Shown here: positions 1-12,800 of the stretch, piece after piece
How the letters are laid out: each line of letters starts with the position of its first letter
Numbering within the stretch: the stretch's first letter is position 1
Origin: Macrostomum lignano
Lineage: Eukaryota
NCBI GenBank assembly: GCA_002269645.1
Contig: NIVC01003072.1
Span: 1 to 44,392 of the forward strand
DNA length: 44,392 nucleotides
Reading direction: 5' to 3'
Notes under the pieces: model-generated
Told to the model about the DNA's origin: nothing
Database searches by the model: none
What the model saw: only the letters and a program-made list of their open reading frames with translations
Made by a program: the position numbers and the translations under genes

Positions 1-209
1 GAGAAGCGAATTTTTGAGCTGCTGGACAGAAACAAGGACGGCTTCATCTCAGGGCTGAGCTGGCTCACGTGATGAACGACCTGTTAGAGGAGGGCCTGAG
101 CGAGCACGACCTCGACCAGATGATGGCGGCCGCTGACACCGACGGAGACGGTCAGATCAGCTTTGAGGAGTTCAGCAGCCTGGCGGCCAGCATGAGGATC
201 TTCCGTTGA
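1..209 (+). CDS. 3' end of a calmodulin-like EF-hand protein (5' end outside window); apparent 1-nt frameshift at GGG 52-54
   Basis: Frame 1 reads EKRIFELLDRNKDGFIS. Frame 3 continues AELAHVMNDLLEEGLSEHDLDQMMAAADTDGDGQISFEEFSSLAASMRIFR* (TGA 207-209). Two EF-hand loops (DRNKDGFISxAE, DTDGDGQISFEE). Adding one G at 52-54 joins the frames. Confidence 0.85.
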
Positions 210-289
210 GACCAAGGGGATTCTACATATCGGAGCTTTGAGCAGCCGACTCGTTTTTTGGCCAGCCAGCTTCTCCTAAACCTTTTCCA

Positions 290-720
290 ATCTCACTCTC
301 TCCCCGTCTCACTCTCTCCCCATCTCACTCTCTCCCATCTCACTCTCTTCCCCGTCTCACTATCTCCCCATCTCACTATCTCCCCATCTCACTATCTTCC
401 CATCTCACTCTCTCCCCATCTCACTCTTTCCCATCTCACTATCTTCCCATCTCCCCAACTCACTATCTCTATCTCCCCATCTCACTCTCTCCCCATCTCA
501 CTCTCTCCCCATCTCCCCATCTCCCCAACTCACTATCTCCCCATCTCACTATCTCCCCATCTCACTATCTCCCCATCTCACTATCTCCCATCTCACTATC
601 TCCCATCTCACTATCTCCCCATCTCACTCTCTCCCCATCTCACTATCTACCCATCTCACTATCTTCCCATCTCACTATCTTCCCAACTCACTACGAGTAT
701 CTCCCTATCTCACTCTCTCC
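290..720. repeat. Minisatellite, about 17-18 bp degenerate unit (CCATCTCACT(A/C)TCTCC)
   Basis: Direct tandem periodicity. It explains the low-complexity ORF 258..776. Confidence 0.95.
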
Positions 721-2351
721 TGAGGTTCTGCATCTCATTTCTCATTTCTCAAAGCTCTCATTTCTCTTGTTTGTAACGGAAGCCACTCTCAGCCCTACTC
801 AAGTTGAAACGAACGCCTTTTGTTGATAATAAACTGTTCTGTTTGTCCCATTCAAAAATAATCTATTTCTGATCATCAATTCCAGCCTGAGTGATCTTGA
901 AATTCTATTATTATATTTTATTTTTCTGTTTCACGTTTGGATAAATGATCAATTGCAATATCGTACATTGGTAACTATTTGGCTTTTTGCTGCAATGAAT
1001 TGCACAAAGCGTATCTAAGCTGCTAAAAACGTGAGATTAATACTCACTGAAACTGTGGCAATCGGTATTGTTCTATTAATCAATATTTTTTGGTTGAATT
1101 GTTTTTTCTATTGTGTTTGCTTCTGTGGTTTTTGGTAAAATCTGCTTCTGCATCCTGCATATTTACAGGCATAAACTGGCCGTATAAGTATACAGACCCT
1201 ACTTGGGTTTTTCATTCTTAATAAACAATTTTTGGGACTTGAAAATCAATATGTTCTCTTACGTTTGTATTAAATTAACAAAAAATCTTATCTTTTGTTT
1301 GCAAACGTAAAATTATTTTTAATACTTCAGTTGTCCATTAATATATATGATGGATTTAAATTATAACTTAATATAAATACAACGAGAATTTTGCTTATAG
1401 TGGGCGAATACTGTATAGGAATTATTGATACTCTTATCAATAATCGCTGTTATTTTTACGATTTACAGTGTACAGTCATGGCCACGGGAATTAGGAACTG
1501 ATTTCCCGCGGGATTCCCACGCGGTCATTCCCGGGGAATCACATTTGATTGGCTCGCTCCACCCACCCCCACCGAGACGCGACCCTCTGTTGTGTGTCAC
1601 CCTATATATTACCCCTCATTATTCTACTCCTCTTGAAAGATCCAACAGGGCATAAAAAATGGCACTCGGCGCCAAAAAGATCCATTTCACCCTTTAGGTT
1701 GGCGCTTGGGGGGCACAGTTGGAGTTACAATCCCAGGAATTCAGAACACAATATTTTTTAACTTGCAGACAATGAGACTTCACAGCGGCAATCAGAATAT
1801 GCCTTCATCAAGATGCAGCGATGGAAGCAGATTTTGTCCGAGCGAGCACGGCGGCAGTGCGTGACCAAGACGAACCGGCTGGGGGATTTCTCAGTATTGG
1901 CACTCAGAGTGACAACACTGAACTGAAAGAGCCGTCCTGTGAAGAAAAGGAAAGTGGGCGTGACCTCCAGAGACGGGCCATCTGCAACTCAGTGGGCAGC
2001 TAACAAGATAAAAAAACTACGGCATCAGAATGCTGGATTTCGTCCTTTTCGTTCCGTACATGTACAGATGTACGTTAAACTAAATAATGAAGACAATAAA
2101 AGTTGAACTCATCTCATTAGGAATGCAAAAGAACAAAGATACGTGGACATGTATTTGTTTATTTCGCATATTAGAACAGTTCAAATCCAGTTCTATACGG
2201 GAACACGAATGAACTCTATCAAACATTATTTAGCAATATAATTAAACAATAAACTGTTGGCTTATTATAACAAGAATAGAATTAAGGAAAGAGAAAATTT
2301 CGTTGCTGTAATTATTAATTAATAAATATAGTTGAGCGTTTGAACCTTAAT

Positions 2352-3461
2352 CTACGCCTTGTGCCCATTGATCTCTGTGCCGTTTCGCCTGTAGAACTCG
2401 GACTGAACGATGCCGACGCGGCAATGCGCCCGATCCGGGGGGTCCAGCTGATTCGATAGCCGCTTGCCGTACACAGACGAGTAGAGAGTCGGTACCGGCT
2501 TTGAAATTTCCTGGAAATATCGTTATATCCAGGAACCGTGTTAAAACGGATCATCAACGTACCAAGCCGTTAAAATGTAATTATTTGCAGTGTAAATGTT
2601 TTGAACTTATAAAGTTCACTACTAGCCGTTACAAAACATTTAAATTACCTCCTGATGCACTTGGAGGCCTTGAGACTTTGCATGCTCCCTGTCGTCTCTG
2701 TGCAGCTTGGCATTGAAATCGCGCTCCTGGTGAAAAATCCTATCGTAGCCATAGGCCGAGTAGCGTTCCTGTGGGATGGGCGGTAAAGGCAATAGCTAGG
2801 GTGAGAGAGGAAATGTATTGAAATTTTAATCTATTTTTACTGTATACTGCGCTGCATCTAAGGTAGTTGTAGTCTTCAATTTCGCCTTTCCTTTATTTAT
2901 ATATCATCTATTTTCAAAGTCTCGTGGGTTTTAAAATAAAAGTAAATCACTTAAAACTGACAAAAAATTTACCAACTCTATATTATTTCGTCTGTTCTAA
3001 CTTTAGAGGGTTTAAGCCAGTATTACTTTAGGACAGCTGGGCATATAAAATGCTTATATATGGTCTGGAAGCTACTTTCATACTAGTGGCAAACAGGGGC
3101 GTAGGGAGGGGGGGGGATAAGGGGGGATGTATCCCCCCCCGAAGAGCCTGACCAAAACTTTTTTGTTGCCCTTTGTTGCTATACATGATACCATGTGACT
3201 CTGTCATAGCACTTTTACCTTGGTGTATCCCCCCCGTAGAAAATTCACCTTGGTGTATCCCCCCGTAGGAAATTCCTGGCTACGCCCCTGGTGGCAAAAT
3301 CTTACATTTTTATCTACGTTGAAATATGTACGTTCCCTCGGTGCATGGCGCTCTGGAGGGACAAAAGAAAATGAGGAAAGCTCGCAAGGGCGACCTCGCA
3401 AGACGAATTCGTCAGTATCCGTCTTTACGGGAATAACAAAATCGCTTTGCTCTTCTTCCAT
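2352..3461 (-). CDS. CFAP90: CFAP90/C5orf49-like cilia- and flagella-associated protein, about 144 aa, 3 exons
   Basis: Exons (-): 3461..3306, 2768..2649 (alternative acceptor 2795), 2510..2352, all phase 0, GT-AG. Translation includes LRGRPCELSSFSFVPPERHAPRERTYF, YDRIFHQERDFNAKLHRDDREHAKSQGLQVHQE and SSVYGKR...QSEFYRRNG. These match the C5orf49 motifs I recall (KLHRDDREHAKSLGLHV, SSVYGKR, FYRKN). Confidence 0.9.
3094..3290. mobile_element. Non-autonomous hAT-type MITE (197 bp) in CFAP90 intron 1
   Basis: TIRs CAGGGGCGTAG (3094) and CTACGCCCCTG (ends 3290); 8-bp TSD GTGGCAAA at 3086-3093 and 3291-3298. Confidence 0.9.
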
Positions 3462-3861
3462 TAGGAGCTTTGCTTCTCTTGTCAGTAGGAAAATACAAAG
3501 ACGCTGGTATAGATCAAACCGATGATTTGATTTTGTATATAGCCGAAAACATATTCAAATTTTAAACTGAATAGGAGCGACACTATTAGCTACAACAAGT
3601 AAAACAAAATCTTCTGAACAAAATTACTTTGCCCTTAATTCTATAGTAATAGCGCAAGTATCAAATAAATAAAAAGTTTTTTGATATAACAGATTGAAAA
3701 AAGAACAAATTTATGTAAGTATTTTTTTGTTTGGGGGAACGATTTCAAGTTTAATAAGACCCAAGAATGATCTATAGCTCACGGACTGTAAGGTAGTCTA
3801 GCAATTTTGGATACTTTGCGTGTGTTTAAAAATAAGACTACTAGATACTTTTTAAGAGGAA

Positions 3862-6800
3862 ATGAGCAGAAATTTTCCAACTTTGCAAGAGAAAGTTGGT
3901 AACGCTTCTTCGAGGTAATCTAATCTTCAATGTTTTTCATTTTAAGATATTCGTGTACTCCATATAATAAAAATGGTTTGTCGGTAGGTATCTATCTAGG
4001 TATGCGATCAATTTTACCTCTCTACTAAACATCCAATTTTTAGACATATGTTTTGTTTATTTGTCGACTGTTGCTTTTAAAAGGCTCGTACATCATTTAA
4101 GAAGAATTTACATTACTAACATTGTCTAGTCATTAAGTGCAGAACATCAGAATTCATATGGCATGTGCTAAACAAAAAACCTTATTAATATTACTTTTGG
4201 TCAACTGGTTTAAAATATAATTGTATATTAGTTGTCACTAGGTAATATATATATATCGATTTTTTATTTTATCAGTAATAGCTTTAATAATTGCAATAAT
4301 GCTTTTATAGCATTTTGTTTAATATCTTTGCTTTAGGTTGTTATGCTATTTATCAATAACTGCCATACCTTCTTAGGAATAAAAATTACTGAAAATCAAT
4401 TCTAACTTTTCCTCTTAAATTATGCACTTAAAGCTAATTTTCTAATTATGATTTAGCATAGAAAACTAAATTAAAAGTTAGACATTTTGCTTTGCATGGC
4501 TATCAAAATTAAAATGAAAGAAGTCTTTGAAAAAAAGCTATTTTTGCATTCAAAACCCAAATCAAGATCTGTGCAAGACCGCGTCAGCTCAGTGAGCCAA
4601 CGAGAGGCCCAAAATGTTCTTCGACTTCGCGTCAATCGAGTCTGCCTTGTACAGCAGCTCAATGTAGATCCCGTGGTTGATTACCTGAGACGTGAAGGTA
4701 TTCTCAGCGACACCGATGTTCGCTTCGTGTCCCGCGGTGCCAACAGGTCTGAGAAGACGCGAATGCTGCTTGACATGCTGCCCAGCAAGGATCCCAGCAC
4801 CCAGTGGTACAACAAGTTCAGGTGGGAATGTGAGCTGCAAGTATTGCCGAATGAACGCCCTTCTGTTCTTCGAATCTCTATTCTGAGAATCGCCCTCAAA
4901 TCTCTATTCTGAGAATCGCCCTCAAATCTCTATTCTGAGAATCGCCCTCGAATCTCTATTCTGAGAATCGCCCTCGAATCTCTATTCTGAGAATCGCCCT
5001 CGAATCTCTATTCTGAGAATCGCCCTCAAATCTCTGTTCTGAGAATCGCCCTCAAATCTCTGTTCTGAGAATCGCCCTCGAATCTCTATTCTGAAAACCA
5101 GCCCCCTAGATCTAATCTGGACCAGAGAATGGCCCTCTAGATCTAATCTACACCAGAGAATGGCCCTCTAGATCTAATCTACACCAGAGAATGGCCCTCT
5201 ACATTTAATCTGCACCAGAGAATCGCCCTCTACATTTAATCTGCACCAGAGAATCGCCCTCTAGATCTAATCTGCACCAGAGAATCGCCCTCTAGATCTA
5301 ATCTGCACCAGAGAATCGCCCTCTAGATCTAATCCACACCAGAGGAACCTCTAGAGCAAGCGATCTAGAAGCAAAGTCCCGTCACCTACCCAGGACGTCT
5401 CTATCGGCAACATCCACCGTCGACGCCACCACCGCTCGGAATCATCAAATCCTGGTTGACTTTCTAGACAGCACAAATCTAGCCAATCTGAAATCGAGTT
5501 CCACAGACTCAATGCAACACTCTGAGCAGCAGCAGCAGCAGCCGCCGCTGCCGCCGATTCAACCTCAAGAAGACGATCCGACGTCTGCAGAGCATCGTCA
5601 GCGTTGGAAGGCGCTACGCTCGGCGGCCAAGTCCAGACTGAGTCAGCTCGAAGCCAATCCGTCTATTCGATTGAGTCGCCTACCGGAGGACTTGCCCGAG
5701 CACCTGGCTCGAACTTACGAAGCCTGGACAGCTAACGGCGGCAGCGGTCGCTCCGCGGCCAAGCACGAGCGTCGATGCCTGTCGCGACTGCGAACCGCCG
5801 ACGAGTTCGCCTTGCAAGCCGCCGGTTCGGCCAATCCCGAACGACTCATGCTGGTCTGCTTCATTTCGCCGCTGCACCGTCTGCTGTGCGACATTCGCAA
5901 GCGTCATCTGGCTTATAAATACTTACTAGCCGATGCGCCTAGCCTTGGCAACGCCATAGCAACCGCGTTTGCTAACTTATCTACCGGGCCGGACGGTCGA
6001 CGACTTTTCACCGACGGTCGATGGTCGCGGTACGCGGCTACTAAGCTGGCAAATTTGGCCGGCCGACTGTTCGACTTTCTGGCCGGAGTCAATCTGTTTA
6101 GAGAGTGCGAGACAGTTGCCGGGTCTTTGTGCGACTATCTGAATAGGTGAGGCTGCTTAAGTATCTGAGCTGTCTGAAGTAAAACTTGTTTCACACGTTG
6201 TTAGTGTAACGCTCGGCGATCTAGTGATAAAATAATTCCATCACAACATCCGATGACTATGACCGACGGTGACATTCATTTGGGGCTTTTGTGCTAAAAT
6301 TAACAAAATTTTGGGTAAACGGCAGGAGTAACTATGACTTGATTTTTAAGGCTAAATGTCTCAGTACCTAATTAGTGCTATGTCTATTTTTGGGTTGGCA
6401 TTTTTGTGACTTACCTTGGCTAAGCCCCTCGCCAGGGTGTTGCACATGTATGGCCATGTTGCCATTTTATTACATCCATGTGACACACAAAGCCACCATA
6501 GTCTCTGTGACACAAGCGACTGTATATAACTCTCACTAATCTCCTTGAAAAGGTTCGGCGGCGACTGCGTGGAAGCCCTGCTGCCAACCTACCGCGCCAG
6601 CGTCAGGCTGATGGAAGCCCGGCTCAACAACGCCGACTACCAGCTGGCCGACGCTGCCAGTCAGGCGGCACAGGCCACGGCGGCCAGAATCAACCGCTTG
6701 TCGTTTGGCCAAAAAGTGATGGACAACCAGGCCCTGCTGCAGGCACAGATTGGTCGGATGCTGCTGGACCAGGGTAGCCTGGCGTCCGCGTTGGGTGCTT

Positions 6801-9800
6801 TTGGTAGCGCCATCTCGGTGAGTGCATGCTAATTTGTTTTTAGATTTTTTAGAATATGCAAGCATAAGAATATTAATTGATTAATTATTTGCCAGTGCGG
6901 GCCTGCAGAGTTTTCTTTTATTAAACAGGATTCATTATTATTTGTTTTACTTATAGTTTTAAATGATAAAATAAATGATCAATAACTCTATTAAATATTT
7001 AGGTATAGATAATTTTTTATTACGTTTTATTAATATTAAAAAAATAATTAAACGAAAAATAGTAAGTAAAAATTTAAATCAAAATGACTTTTTATTGAAT
7101 TAAAATTGTTAATTATACATAAATTGAGTCGTCTCTTGAGTAAATATAGAAAAGATTTCTTTTATACTTGAAAAATTTAATAAAATATCAATTTTAGACT
7201 GTGGATCTTAATGATACAGAGGCCGTCTTCAAAATTCTCTACCACGCTTTGCAACTTTACCTAACAAATTCCGATGAAGGAAAAGCGGAAAAATTAGCTG
7301 TTGCTTGCGTACAGCATGCTTAGTAAGTACTTTTTTGTAATTTCCATACCCGCTTGACTTAATATTAACATAAATTTTAATTTATTATTATTTCAGCAAA
7401 TTTTACAAAACAGAATCGCCGGAATACATCAAGTCGTTGTTAAACTTTGTCAAATTTTCAAACGCTTTCTGTCAAGATGATTTTGGAGTCGAAGTTGCTG
7501 TGGTAAGTTTGGTCACGGGTGTGCAAAGTTTTATTTTCTAGTGTTTGGAAATATTTCTCTAACATCCCTAGAAAACTATTTGGTCTCATATGTATGAAAA
7601 ACGAATTTTATTTTTACTGTATCGAAATTTATACGATGTCATTCTAAGAAGGAAACAAACCAAAGTCAGAAAATTTAGTTTTTTTAAGTAATAGTTATTT
7701 TAGTGTAATTTTTTTAGCTTTTAAGTAAGTAATTCGGTGCAATCTTAAGTATCTCATGGTTTAAAAACCATGTCAGTATCTTAAGATAGTCTGATGTAAA
7801 TTTTAAATAAGAATCGATTTGACATTGTACCGCCCTTCGTTCGAGAAACTTTCATTAACCGTATTAATCTAACATTCTAGAAACCATGCACAAATCCAAA
7901 TGTCGCGATCTTTGCAGAAGTTTATCTTCACCTAATAATATTCTACGAGCTAGTTTCAAGCATTTATTAATGAATACTAAATTATGTACTATAGTAAATA
8001 GTATAGTAAACGTCCTGGATATAGCATAGTAAATATCTGTGTAATTATCTGTAAATTAATCAGCACGTTAAATTTGTTATACTGTAGAAAATATTTTTAG
8101 AACTTTCTCGAAAACCAAGTCATATCTATAAATATACGGCAGGCGCATCGTCATATCTTTATCTTCCCCATTTTCTTTATTCGTTCCTAATACACCAATA
8201 AACAAAGGAACCACTGATTTCATTTGCTGACGAATGCTAACATCAATCCAACTAATTCCGCCAATGTCGTTCTGTTCTAACAAAATATAATTTTTAGATT
8301 ACACCTAATTCTTAGAAAATATCGCATCAGCTAAAAAACTTCGTTCTTTTCGTAAAAATTGGATCTCATTCTATAGGAAACTTATTCTCTCTTTCTAGGA
8401 AAAATCAATTCCGTTTCTAAGGCTAATTCTCACCTCATTCTTATAAAATTTAATAAATTTCCTATCCATCAAATTCCAGAACGCATCTTTATTCGCTCAG
8501 CTCATCCTGGGCTACCAGCACCCGCTACTAGCCGAAGTCCAGTCGCACCTGTCGTTGGCGCAGCTTCTACGGCTCCGTCATCGCAGCCGCCGCGGTCAGG
8601 GTGCAACTGCGGAGCCCCAAGAAGTTGTCGCTCACGTGGAAGCTTCTCTAGCCGCAGTCAGAATGAGCTCTGGCGAGTCGGCATCTCAGCATCCCAACGC
8701 TGCCTCCTTGATGACTAATCTAGCCCAAGCTGCTCGCCTAGCGAACCCCGCCATCCTGCCAGTTGAACTGCTTCAAGTCGCCATCGAATTCGGTAGAAAA
8801 TCTGTTGAAATTCTCTCGAATACCATCGGTCGGCACAGTCCGGCAGCTGTGCAAGCCAGAATCTGTCTGGGCAGACTTCTGGCCGATGTGCCTTCGGGGA
8901 GTACCGTCCGGAGGCTGAGCGGCTGGCTGATGAAGCTCTAGAAGCGCTGATTGACAGCCAACCAGCTCAAGGGCACCTGCTGCTCAGAGCTAAACTCCAG
9001 TTGGCTAAGTAGGCCATTTTTTAGTCTGTCAGATTTTTTATTCTGAGATTTTGAGTCTGAAATTTTTGAGTCTGAGGTTTTGAGTCTGTGAGATTTTGAG
9101 TCTGTGAGATTTTGAGTCTGGGTGATTTTGAGTCTGAGATGTTAAGTCTGGGATTTGGATACTGAGATTTTGAGTCTGTGAGATTTTGAATCTGGGAGAT
9201 TTTGAATCTGGGAGATTTTGAATCTGGGAGAGTTTGAGTCTGGGATTTTGAGTATGAGATTTTGAGTCTGTGAGATTTTGAGTGTGAAATTTTGAGTCTG
9301 TGAGATTTTGAGTCTGTCAAATTCTGAGTTTGAGATTTTGAATCTGGGTGATTTTTAGTCTCTGAGATTTGAGCCTTTGAGATTTTGAATCTGAGAGATT
9401 TTGAATCTATGAGATTTTGAATCTGGGAGAGTTTGAGTCTGGGATTTTGAGTCTGTGAGATTTTGAGTCTGGGTGATTTTTAGTCTCTGAGATTTGAGCC
9501 TTTGAGATTTTGAATCTGGGAGATTTTGAATCTGGGAGAGTTTGAGTCTGGGATTTTGAGTATGAGATTTTGAGTCTGTCAAATTCTGAGTCTGGGATTT
9601 TAAGTCTGTGAGATTTGAGTCTGGTTGATTTCGAATCTATGATATTTTGAGTCTGATATTTTGAGTCTGCTAGTCACTGCATGAGTCTGTCAATTTTAAT
9701 TGTTTAACTCGGCTATTAGATCAACATTTGGTAAACTTGGGTCATCTAATTGAGATTCAATAATTTAAATACTTTTTTCATCTCTAAAGGCTGCACCGAG

Positions 9801-12800
9801 CCGCCGGCAATCCCAAACGAGCCCTTGCCCTGGCCAATGACGTCATCGAACAGACTGAATGCTACGGCTCTTATATTCGATGGCTAGACCAGGCCTACAT
9901 TCTCGCTATTGAGTTGCTAAGCGAGTCCAAAGACTTGGCTGAAGCTGCTGCTGCAACGACGACAAGCGATGAGATGATGGCTAAACGGCAAGATTGGCTG
10001 AGCAGGCATCCGATGTCGCGGTCTGCTCAGGGCCTGGATTGGGCCGCTTTGCACGATCGACCCGACAAAGAGTTCTTTCGGCGATTCCGGGCCTGGGGCG
10101 ACGACAGGAAGGAACTGGTGAGGCAGGTCGCTGCCGCCGCAGCCGCTGCCGCTGCCACCACGGCAGATGGTCAGGGAGCTGAAGGCAGCAAAACTGAGTG
10201 AGTTTGAGCGCGCTCTAAACAGCTCTACCCTGGTCTGATTCTGTTAGAATGTGTTTTCACTCTGTGAATCAAGGTGTCTAGTTCGGTTAAGAACGTGTCT
10301 AGTTCGGTTAAGAACGTGTCTATCGGTTAAGATCGTGTCTAGTTCGGTTAAGAACGTGTCTAGTTCGGTTAAGAACGTGTCTATCAGTTAAGATCGTGTC
10401 TAGTTCGGTTAAGATCGTGTCTAGTTCGGTTAAGAACGTGTCTGGTTCGGTTAAGAACGTGTCTGGTTCGGTTAAGAACGTGTCTAGTTCGGTTAAGAAC
10501 GTGTCTAGTTCGGTTAAGAACGTGTCTAGTTCGGTTAAGAACGTGTCTAGTTCGGTTAAGAACGTGTCTAGTTCGTTTAAGAACGTGTCTGGTTAAGAAC
10601 GTGTCTGGTTAAAAACTCACTTTACCAAACATTCTTTTCAGACAAAATAAAGTCAAAGCAGCTCAAAACCCAGAGTCCAGAACTGCTGTTGACGGATCCG
10701 AGACGGCAGCTGAAGCAAAACAGCAACGCGTGATAAAATGTGCGATTTCTTTCAGTTTAAATTAAAAATATTTGTCCTTAAAAGGCTTTTTATATTAAGA
10801 AATCATCTTGTTTATCTTTAATTCCACAGTGCTGCTCATAGGCGATTCCGGAGTCGGGAAATCCTGCCTGTTGCGCAGATTTGCTGAAAACTCATTTGAC
10901 GAAAGTCAAAACGCGACGCCAACAATTGGTGTGAACTTCAAAATTGTTCAAAATGAAATCGATGGGTCAAGCATCAAGTGCCAGATCTGGGACACCGCTG
11001 GACAAGAGAGGTGATTCCTTGCATTTTTACTTGTGCGCACTTGCCTCTGATCAACCCCGAATCTCTACCCCCTAATGTACACTTATCTCTTACCTACCCC
11101 ATTCAATCTCTACCCCTCCAAATGTACACTTGTCTCTTATTAACCCATTCAATCTCTACCCCTTCCAAATGTACACTTGTCTCTTATCAACTCATTCAAT
11201 CTCTACCCCTTCCAAATGTACACTTGTCTCTTATCAACCCATTCAATCTCTACCCCTTCCAAATGTACACTTGTCTCTTATCAACTCATTCAATCTCTAC
11301 CCCTTCCAAATGTACACTTGTCTGACCAACCCCATTCAATCTCTACCCCTCCAAATGTACATTTGTCTCTTATCAACCCATTCAATCTCTACCCCTTAAT
11401 GTACACTTTCCTCTGACTTCAACAAAACTCCAGATTCCGCACAATAACATCATCCTACTACCGAGGCTGCGCCGGCGCTCTGCTGGTCTTCGACGCCTCG
11501 AACCGCGACAGCTTCGACAGCTGCGAGCGCTGGCTGCAGGAGCTGCGGGCCTCCGCGCCAGAGTCCGTGCACGCGGTTCTGGTGGCCAACAAGAGCGACT
11601 CGGATGAGGCCGCCGTGACTCAGGAGGAGGCTGACGAGTTCGCCAAGTCGCACGGCATCGAGCTGTGCTGGGGCGTCAGCGCCCGCACCGGACAGAATGT
11701 CGGCCAGGCATTCAGGGGCCTGCAGAGTCGGGTGCTGCAGAGCAAAGTTGATGGGTTAGTTATTGAGCTACCGAAGGTTTCAGAATAGAAAGCATTGCAA
11801 CACTATAGTCTCGCATAGCAACACGCTAGTCTCGCATGGCAACACGATACTCTCGCATGGTAACCAAGAACTTAGGGTTTCGCCTTCCCACAGACTGAGT
11901 TCAAATCAGGCTCCAATGAATTCAACTGACATGCGACAATTGCCTCAGTTGGTGCCTAAGAAAAGTGAAAATTCTAACGAACATATTGATTATCAGATAA
12001 AAGGTAAGCAGGATTGAACTTTTTTATTGTAGAAGGTAAAAATAAAGAATTATTGTATTACGCTCATTCAATTTATCATTCAGTTCTTCTAATTGGCGAC
12101 TCCGGTGTTGGAAAGTCCAGCTTGCTTCAGCGATTTGCAGACAAAGAATTTGATGCCACTAACGAAATGCCACAAACCATTGGAGTGGAATTTCGAGCTG
12201 TGAAAGACAATATTGATGGCTGTCGAGTCAAGAGTGTGTTCTGGGACACAGCTGGTGCGGAGAGGTAAGTTTGAGATGGAATTACGCTAACCTGAGAAGG
12301 CTTATATGCTAGACAGAGGCCTCACACCTGTTAGACTGGGGCTTCACACTTGTTAGACAGAGGCCTCACACCTGTTAGACTGGGGCTTTACACTTGTTAG
12401 ACAGAGGCCTCACACCTGTTAGACTGGGGCTTCACACCTGTTAGACAGAGGCCTCACACCTGTTAGACTGGGGCTTCACACCTGTTAGACAGAGGCCTCA
12501 CACCTGTTAGACTGGGGCTTCACACTTGTTAGACAGAGGCCTCACACCTGTTAGACTGGGGCTTCACACTTGTTAGACAGAGGCCTCACACCTGTTAGAC
12601 TGGGGCTTCACACCTGTTAGACAGAGGCCTCACACCTGTTAGACTGGGGCTTCACACCTGTTAGAGAGAGGCCTCACACATGTTAGACTGGGGCTTAACA
12701 CCTGTTAGACAGAGGCCTAACACTTGTTAGACAGAGGCCTAACACTTGTTAGACAGAGGCCTCACACCTGTTAGACTGGGGCTTCGCACATGTTAGACAG

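Noticed and set aside
258-776. 172-aa ORF
   Set aside because: Translation of a minisatellite; low complexity and non-ATG start.
1495-1545. Small palindromes (TTCCCGCGGGA, ATTCCCCGGGGAAT)
   Set aside because: Short; no flanking TSD or second terminus found, so no element can be defined.
1770-2003. Plus-strand acceptor (AACTTGCAG) and short ORFs including 1821..2003
   Set aside because: No recognisable homology, no consistent donor and no partner exon.
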